This document shows positions 57,161-64,000 of a DNA stretch of 64,000 bases, one piece after another. The stretch's first letter is position 1, and every line of letters starts with the position of its first letter. Made by a program: the position numbers and the translations under genes. The stretch is from Mayamaea pseudoterrestris (Eukaryota), in contig BROI01000014.1 of the NCBI GenBank assembly GCA_027923505.1, positions 496,001 to 560,000 on the forward strand, in the 5' to 3' direction. Under the pieces are notes generated by a model, which did no database searches, had not been told where the DNA came from, and worked only from the letters and a program-made list of their open reading frames with translations.

Positions 57161-58858
57161 ATGTGGCAAGCACTTCGATCTGATCTCAAGGAATTTGTTT
57201 CGGTCGTGACGGACCCCAATGCTTCAAAAGATGACGAATATGATGACGCGGAGGAGATTAGCCCGGCGCTTGAAGAAGCGATGCGCCGCATGGCCCTAGA
57301 GGAGACGTACACGGTTGCGCTCTTGGATGACGACGGAGTTGACGAGACAGCTCTGGAAGAAGATACGTCTCTAAATGTTTCTGCTGCGGAAGATGCAGCT
57401 GCGGCGCGAGATCAAATTCAGGAATACATTGATTCCTTTTCGCTCGAGGCGAACGAAGATGAGATTGCCAAGGCGCTCGATTCGTACGGAGAAATCTTGC
57501 AACCCATTTTGCAAAGGTTGGTTCCGGAGATTGTCTCTCGAAAGGATTTTTGGATGCGCTACTTTTACCATTGCTCTGTCGACCAGATTCAGCAAGAGAT
57601 TGCAGAGCAGGAGAATCGAGAGCGTATCGAGCGTGTCTCCCAGAGCATACAAGGCGTCAAGAGTTTTCTTGGCGGCGCCGTCATGTCTGTTGCGTCGAGC
57701 ATTCTCGAGGACGACGAAGGCGGTCTTCCGGGCATTAGTCCCTTTCACATGAGCTCTAGTGGAAATCGTCGACCTCCATTTGTCATGAATACGGCAGTTG
57801 ACGAAGATGACGATGTTGAGAACGAGGAGGAACTTGGATGGAGCGACGAAGATGACGGCGAGGACGACGATGATGAAACAGAAGAAGACAACGAGGCGCA
57901 GATTGAATTTAAGGATGCTGCCACCGAACAGCTACAAGAGCAGCTCAAGCAAGCTCTCGAAGAACGCGATATGCTGCATCAAACTGTGGAGCTGCAGCAA
58001 AAGCAGATAGTGGAGCTCATTGCGCAAAAGTATGGTACTACGGACGGATATAATGTGGATGAACTCAAGTTACAGCTTTTTGATAAGGAGTCGGAGCTGG
58101 CAGCACTTCGGTCGAGCGAGCGCAATGAGCCAGATACGCGCGAGGAGCAGATTGAGGCGTTGCAACAGGAAAATGCGCAACTTAAGAGCGACCTAAAAGA
58201 AATGGAGGCACGAGCGACTTTTGTAGATGATGGGCGCCTAGCTTCGTTGCAAAGCGAAAAGACAGAGTTACAGGCCAAGCTTTTAGAGTTACAAGTGGCC
58301 GAAAAGGTGTCGACTAATGTATCCATCGATTCCAAAGAGACAATGCAAAAGATGCAAGCTTTGGAGAATGAAGTGGCGACTTTTAAGACTCTTGTCGAAT
58401 CTAAGGAGAGCGACCATGAAGCTGTCGTGCGGTCACTTCAATCAGAGATTGTTGAACTCCGTCAGTTGATTGCCACGCTAGAAAATGAAAAATCGAAGCT
58501 CAGTGCCGACCTTGGCGACAAGGCATCAGAAATAACTGATCTCACCGCAATGCACGCCAAGAGCATTACGGTCTTGGACGCGAAAACGGATGCACTGGTG
58601 CAGGAAAATACGGAGCTCAAAGCTGAAATAAAAGCAAAAACTTTGGAGCTCATTAATCTTCGTTCTCGCAACGACTCCCCGAGTATGCGAATGGAGTCTC
58701 CTGGCGTCGAAAGTGCAGCCTCGCCAGAGTCTGTTGTCAAGGTTGACCTTGATGATGGTATCGATGATCCTCAAGTCCCAAGTGAGGATCTTCGCAAGGT
58801 TGACGGCGGCTCGGATGATTGGGGAGACGACTGGGGCGGCTCTGACGAAGATGATTAA
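57161..58858 (+). CDS. BSD-domain acidic coiled-coil protein
   Basis: LVPEIVSRKDFWMRYFY BSD signature, a long coiled coil and an acidic DDWGDDW tail. ATG 57161 is in ACCATG context. Confidence 0.82.
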   Translation: MWQALRSDLKEFVSVVTDPNASKDDEYDDAEEISPALEEAMRRMALEETYTVALLDDDGVDETALEEDTSLNVSAAEDAAAARDQIQEYIDSFSLEANEDEIAKALDSYGEILQPILQRLVPEIVSRKDFWMRYFYHCSVDQIQQEIAEQENRERIERVSQSIQGVKSFLGGAVMSVASSILEDDEGGLPGISPFHMSSSGNRRPPFVMNTAVDEDDDVENEEELGWSDEDDGEDDDDETEEDNEAQIEFKDAATEQLQEQLKQALEERDMLHQTVELQQKQIVELIAQKYGTTDGYNVDELKLQLFDKESELAALRSSERNEPDTREEQIEALQQENAQLKSDLKEMEARATFVDDGRLASLQSEKTELQAKLLELQVAEKVSTNVSIDSKETMQKMQALENEVATFKTLVESKESDHEAVVRSLQSEIVELRQLIATLENEKSKLSADLGDKASEITDLTAMHAKSITVLDAKTDALVQENTELKAEIKAKTLELINLRSRNDSPSMRMESPGVESAASPESVVKVDLDDGIDDPQVPSEDLRKVDGGSDDWGDDWGGSDEDD

Positions 58859-58981
58859 CTCGAAGGATGAATTTGACTCGTCGATGATTGACAAGCGACA
58901 ATCACAATCGATGGACACGACGAGCACCACTGCATGAGATACATTTAGGATTACCAAATTGAGATTTATTAACTAAATAGA

Positions 58982-60166
58982 TTAAGATAACGCGTATTGT
59001 TCCATTTGTTTTAGCGCCATCGGTAACCAGTCCGGAACGTGCGATGTTCGAGGATACATCATAACGCTCTCTCCATCTTTTTCAATCAAATCAAACCCAG
59101 TACTCAAAAGAATATTCAATGCTCCATCCAGATCAACAATAGATTCCTTAATTTTCGGATTTGCCAATCGAACGCGCCTAAACTTGATCGATGCTTCCTC
59201 ATCTTCGCCTTGTCCTTTCGTCGTGGCATTGATAATAAGTGTCCGCAAAATATTGATAGCTGCCACGACACTTGCATGGTCGTTTAACGTGACAAGCTTC
59301 TCAAACGCTTCCTCGTATAAGCCTTCATCGTCGTGAGCCGCTTGAAGAACATTTTTAGGTGTTTGGCTTGATGGAAGGCTGGGTGCGCCTGCTTTTCCAT
59401 CACTTGCATCGCTACTCCCTATAGCCCCAACAACAACGTTTCGCGCTTGCCCAGCAGTGACTCGATTCGTCTCATACGGATTGTAACCCAACCTCTCGGC
59501 AGTTTCCGCTTCAGCCTTTTTAGCAGCTTCCAGCGCAAGTCGCGATTCTTCAGTTTTTGGAGCATCGTCTGGCAGTGCAGCTTCCTGCTGGCGACGAGCT
59601 TCTTCCTGCCGTACGCGTTCTTCCTGCGAATAGCCCCGCCGAATGGGTTTCTGCTTGTTTTTCAACGCCTTTTCTCGAGCTTCCGCAGCGGCAACGACGG
59701 CTTGCTTCCGAGCAAAGGCTTCGGCCGATCCCTTTGAATTAGTGTCATTTCCAGCCGTCGAAACAGTTGGAACCCGGCGTACTTCAAAGCAGATTGGTCG
59801 CTGTGTACTTTTGGCGAGCTCAACGAATACATCATACATAATTTCTTCCTCTCCATTTGAGCCAGCGTAGCATAAAATGTCACCCCGCTCAAGTCCAGCC
59901 TTGGCAGCCTGACTGTCTGGAACAACCATGGATATAATGGCAGTCTTTTGCGAGTTCGATCTTTTCTCAATCGACATTCCGAGTGATCCAGCTTCGGAAA
60001 GCTCAACGGCAATTACTTTGCCAGGCAAAGTGCCGCCAAGGCTCTTGCCCTCGCCGTGAAACGTTCGTGGTCCAAATAATCCAGCAAGTGGGTTAACAAC
60101 GTTGCTGCTGCCCTTGCTCTTTTCATTCTTTGGCTTTGTGAAACGATCTAGCCAGTTCTTGCTCAT
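58982..60166 (-). CDS. PDZ + PUB domain protein (p97/Cdc48 cofactor)
   Basis: PDZ (GSLGMSI...SQAAKAGLERGDIL), PUB (KFRRVRLANPKI...GALNILLSTGF), plus SHP-like and VIM-like motifs. Confidence 0.82.
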   Translation of the reverse strand: MSKNWLDRFTKPKNEKSKGSSNVVNPLAGLFGPRTFHGEGKSLGGTLPGKVIAVELSEAGSLGMSIEKRSNSQKTAIISMVVPDSQAAKAGLERGDILCYAGSNGEEEIMYDVFVELAKSTQRPICFEVRRVPTVSTAGNDTNSKGSAEAFARKQAVVAAAEAREKALKNKQKPIRRGYSQEERVRQEEARRQQEAALPDDAPKTEESRLALEAAKKAEAETAERLGYNPYETNRVTAGQARNVVVGAIGSSDASDGKAGAPSLPSSQTPKNVLQAAHDDEGLYEEAFEKLVTLNDHASVVAAINILRTLIINATTKGQGEDEEASIKFRRVRLANPKIKESIVDLDGALNILLSTGFDLIEKDGESVMMYPRTSHVPDWLPMALKQMEQYALS

Positions 60167-60524
60167 GTTGCTCGTCTGTTTTTAAATACGAAGGCCATGC
60201 AATGTTTGCAGCCGAACCGCAATCAACAACATCACAACATCATCCAATCGCTTGGCGACGTCGCATCAAGTACCGTTGAGACTCTCACCTATGCCTTTGC
60301 AAACTTTGGACGAAACTATAGTACCATCATCGTCATCTATCATACGTTCCACAGCCAATACTAGCAGCATTTGCGGTATTCAAAGCCATTAACAAACAAC
60401 ACGAATGGTCGCACTCCTCAATCAATGACTTTACGCTAAGTTTTTTTAGCAAATAAAGTGATAGTTACCACCCACTTGTAGCTCATTTTTACTGTAGATA
60501 AATTACACTGTTATACATTTACAG

Positions 60525-61094
60525 TCAGTCGAAATCCTGCAAATACTCTATCCTGTGTGACCTGCTGTTGTTTTCCAGTACCGAGAATGGATGACTGCAG
60601 TAAATGTCGAAGCAAAACATTTGCAGCTTCTTGACCACGGAATCAATGCGATGCCCCTTGACCGGATCGTCGTGCACAAAATTCGCCGGAAACTCGACCA
60701 TAGAAGGTACCTTGTCAAGTTCCACGCTATTAAAAGCGGAATCCTTGGACAATCGCCGTGTCACTACTTCGTCCGACGGGTCAATTGACTTTCGTTGTGC
60801 CGGACGTGCTCGCTGTTCGACAATGTCCAGCGCCTCTCGGACTTCACGTCGCTCCAAAACATCCTCCACGGGAGTAGTGCGACGTCTTTGAACCTCGTCA
60901 ATTGAAGCTGTCTTGATTTTGTTGCTTGTTTCAGTGTCCTCGCGTTCGTCAGCCCCTCGGTTGCTGGATCCTGATCGACTTGATCCCCGCCGCGCCTGTG
61001 TTTCCTTGGCAGCAAGTTTCTTCTCCTTCATGCTCTCCATGGCAGCATCAATCTGTGCCATGTAGCCAGCAAGTCTCTCGACCGCGACGACCAT
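60525..61094 (-). CDS. Hypothetical protein
   Basis: Charged ORF of ~189 aa from ATG 61094 filling an intergenic gap; no recognisable domain. Confidence 0.45.
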   Translation of the reverse strand: MVVAVERLAGYMAQIDAAMESMKEKKLAAKETQARRGSSRSGSSNRGADEREDTETSNKIKTASIDEVQRRRTTPVEDVLERREVREALDIVEQRARPAQRKSIDPSDEVVTRRLSKDSAFNSVELDKVPSMVEFPANFVHDDPVKGHRIDSVVKKLQMFCFDIYCSHPFSVLENNSRSHRIEYLQDFD

Positions 61095-61568
61095 GGTCTG
61101 CCCTGTCGGTGCAGAGTCAGAGTTTTGGAGTGAAAATTTGAGGCGCGATTGATGCCGAACCGCGTTGACGCGTATTCCGCCGCGATGGCTCACGAGTCGA
61201 CCAAGCCAAAGCGTTAAATGAGACTGCAGTTCATGTCATGTGTCGGTGGATGATGAGTTAGGTACCTCAACGCACAGGGTGCAGATTTCATAGACGAGAA
61301 GGTCGAAAAGGTGCGCGGAATCGATGATGGTTCGTGCACCTCGGCCGGCTCGCTGTGCGTTGAGCATCCGAGATTGACGAAGAATGCGATCATGAAAACA
61401 CGTTCTAGATTCGCACGACAAGAACATGCAAATGACACCTTTTCACAGTCAATCATCTTCGACAGCAGACTTAGGGCAGCAATAAACTACTCGGTACGTG
61501 CACAAGTTATACAGTCATCGTCTAATTCATTTTTTTTGTAAGAATATGCGCGAAATCTTCCAAGAGAG

Positions 61569-62351
61569 TTAACCAGCTTCGCTGACTGATTGTGGAGCAG
61601 TCGTTGCTCGATGTGTCGAGCTAGCGGATGCGACGCTGTGCCCACTTTGTCGTCCCAAATCCTTGCTGCGCTCTGCTCTTTCAAAATGGGAAGAAGTTTG
61701 GTAGGTGTGGGTTTGTGAGCTCCAATCCTTTCTTCGCACGGCGCAAAATGCAGCCTCCAAGGCGTCCACCACCACGAAGAGACACAGCGAGATAGCCAAA
61801 CCTGCCGTGGACAATAGTATATTCATATTTCCAGCATACTTGACTTCTCCGATTGTCATTTCCTCCACCGTGACGTTATCAAGGAAAGGTGTCATGTCTT
61901 GAACCCAATCATCGGCCAGTTGATACAACATCCAAATGAGGATTGCGGAATTGATGAGCGGGAAGCAAGTAAACACGCCCATGCCATATGCGATTCGGAT
62001 GTCCATGGAGCAGCACTTTGTCTGGGCGGCGAGTAAGCAAAAGGCGAGGTATGTTATAACGCATGCCATGCAAACGACGATTGAGGTGGCGACTGCATTG
62101 AAAAAGTAGGTGACTGTATCACAGTTGGACATGGCATTGTTAAAAGTTATTGTCTGGCCATCTACCCGAATGGACGTGGGCTTGCATACTTGCAGCGGAA
62201 TGTAAAGAGTAGCGCCAACCAAGGTGTATTCCTCTTGTGTGAACTCGGTGTGTATCTCATGGACAGCAATGCCTGCCAGTATGATCCAGGCAATGCTCGT
62301 CACTTTGGTGATTGCCGACGTTAGCCAAGCCAAAGACTTTGCGCAAGTCAT
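61569..62351 (-). CDS. Hypothetical four-TM membrane protein
   Basis: 260-aa ORF with four hydrophobic segments and a Cys pair in the first loop. Confidence 0.6.
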   Translation of the reverse strand: MTCAKSLAWLTSAITKVTSIAWIILAGIAVHEIHTEFTQEEYTLVGATLYIPLQVCKPTSIRVDGQTITFNNAMSNCDTVTYFFNAVATSIVVCMACVITYLAFCLLAAQTKCCSMDIRIAYGMGVFTCFPLINSAILIWMLYQLADDWVQDMTPFLDNVTVEEMTIGEVKYAGNMNILLSTAGLAISLCLFVVVDALEAAFCAVRRKDWSSQTHTYQTSSHFERAERSKDLGRQSGHSVASASSTHRATTAPQSVSEAG

Positions 62352-62709
62352 TGCCGCTTCGGCGCTTGGAAATTGAAGCAGGATGGTGTAGGTGAGGCTA
62401 ATGACAGTTGGCGTCCATTGTCAATGATCCTATGGAGCCTCGATCGACAGCCGCTTTGCAAGGACATCTTGTGCCCTGAAGTCATTTGGTCACTCAAAAA
62501 GGCTGTCCGAAGGATTTTTATTAAGCCCCTTTCATGAAAAGAATGTGGTGCCAGTGCGTGTGCGACACGCATCGGCTGCAACCGGACTTCACCGCTGCGT
62601 CACCATGGAGAAGGGAAGGTGCAATGGTCGAGAAAGTCGCCACATTCTGAAAGCTCTTGAATTGCAACCTGCCTTGTTAATGTGCGATTGACAGTTGTCT
62701 TTGAGGATA

Positions 62710-64000
62710 ATGTCGACTGCAGGATGTCCCAAAGCTAAAAATGCCGCCAACCAGCGTCTCGTGGAATGTCTCTTTGTGAAGCGCAACTCAATGCCACCGA
62801 CGCAACCTGGCCGACGAAACCATTTTGCACACAGCATCAAGAGTGCGGAGGACAGTATACGCAAAATGAAAGAACCAATTGAAAATTATAAGCAAGCACT
62901 GGCTGTCAAGGGAGTTGGTCCAAAGATTGCGCATATATTGTTTGCCGACGGACAAGACGAAATTGCAGCAGCAGCGGCAGCCAAGCGCAAACAAGATCGA
63001 GCCACGGCCTCCAGCATGCCGGATTCACCAGCCTCATCGGCTGCATCATCCTCGTCCATTGCGACCAAGCGGAGACGCAAAGAAAATGGTGATTCCAGTA
63101 AATGCAGCGCCAAGGTTCGCGCCTACGAAAAGGCGCTGGCCGACGCTCAAACGTGGAAGGCGCAGTCGGCGCGACTGGTATGGAAGGTTGTACTCATTGT
63201 TGATGAGCGAGAGCGGGAAAAGTCACAAATGGAGTCAAAGTGTCTCATGGCCAAAATTCCATGCGAGCGACGGACTCTTCCGATTGGAGACATGGCGTGG
63301 ATTGCGCAAGCCTACGACAAGAACGATCGCTTGGAAAAGACTGTAGTCGAGCTCATGCTTGGAACCATTATTGAGCGCAAAAGTATCAGTGACTTGATCC
63401 AAAGTATCAAGGGCAGTCGCTACGTGGAGCAGCGCATGCGTATGAAGGAGTCTGGATTGCCACAATTACTCTTTCTCGTTGAAGGTGACTTGCACAAGGA
63501 GTCTCGCAACACACGAGAATTCAAAATGTGTTACACGGCCATGTACGAAACGCGTATGCATCTTGGCTTCCAGATTGTTCAAACGGGAAACATGACTGAG
63601 ACGGTGCAAATGTTGAAACGCTTGCATCGACGGATTTTGAAGCGAACATTTCCGTCGGCTTTTTATGCGGAAGCCTTGCCATTCTTCAGTGGACCAGATC
63701 TTGACCATCGACGCCGTCAACAGTCATCATCATCATCGCAGCAGACATCCAGCAGCAGCAGTAGCAGTACCGAACGTGCTCCAGCTGTCCGACACCGACG
63801 AAAGAATGATTCCCTGCAAGAGATGCGGTTTGACGTTGAGCCCGAGCCATTTGGAGATATGGAGCGATTCATCACCTATCCAGAATTCAAGGCAAAAGTC
63901 GAAATGGGCCGCGAGAATGCTAGCCGATCCGTTGCCATGATTCATGCCGCCATGTTGAAGCAAGTTCCCCGGATCGAAAATAAGAAGATACAAGCAATCA
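62710..64000 (+). CDS. MUS81: Crossover junction endonuclease Mus81, partial (runs off the window)
   Basis: Hand translation gives N-terminal HhH ALAVKGVGPKIA and ERCC4 nuclease VLIVDERE...LPIGDMAW...IIERKSISDL...RYVEQ...FLVEGD. It is absent from the ORF track because there is no stop in the window. Confidence 0.92.
   Translation, partial: MSTAGCPKAKNAANQRLVECLFVKRNSMPPTQPGRRNHFAHSIKSAEDSIRKMKEPIENYKQALAVKGVGPKIAHILFADGQDEIAAAAAAKRKQDRATASSMPDSPASSAASSSSIATKRRRKENGDSSKCSAKVRAYEKALADAQTWKAQSARLVWKVVLIVDEREREKSQMESKCLMAKIPCERRTLPIGDMAWIAQAYDKNDRLEKTVVELMLGTIIERKSISDLIQSIKGSRYVEQRMRMKESGLPQLLFLVEGDLHKESRNTREFKMCYTAMYETRMHLGFQIVQTGNMTETVQMLKRLHRRILKRTFPSAFYAEALPFFSGPDLDHRRRQQSSSSSQQTSSSSSSSTERAPAVRHRRKNDSLQEMRFDVEPEPFGDMERFITYPEFKAKVEMGRENASRSVAMIHAAMLKQVPRIENKKIQAI

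Overview
Gene-dense eukaryotic nuclear DNA, most likely from a (probably pennate) diatom. The evidence is short GT-AG introns, signal-peptide + ASAFAP-type bipartite plastid presequences (GSA aminomutase, CbbY), a signal-bearing Cdc48, and a CoDi-type Ty1/copia retrotransposon. The window opens inside that retrotransposon (minus strand; 5' LTR at 1949-2159 and an uninterrupted gag-pol frame running off the left edge). About 30 protein-coding genes follow, many of them housekeeping (TPI, Ccdc124, Cbf5/dyskerin, LUC7, HemL, TFIIF-beta, Sec61-beta, CbbY, Mus81). The most notable items are: (1) an APAF1/NLR-like STAND ATPase with TPR sensor repeats and an unassigned N-terminal helical domain that could be an MLKL/RPW8-like effector; (2) the retrotransposon's lack of a tRNA-type PBS and of a normal gag ATG, with an LTR-internal segment complementary to the PBS position (possible self-priming); (3) a ~2056-aa myosin with a converter insert, IQ motifs, ankyrin repeats and a pseudokinase tail; (4) a GH28 pseudo-enzyme apparently split by a transmembrane hairpin; (5) a SHP-PDZ-VIM-PUB p97 adaptor; (6) a frameshifted secreted Pro/Ser/Thr-repeat protein. 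All calls are by eye from motifs; no database searches were run. Gene models and introns are manual inferences.
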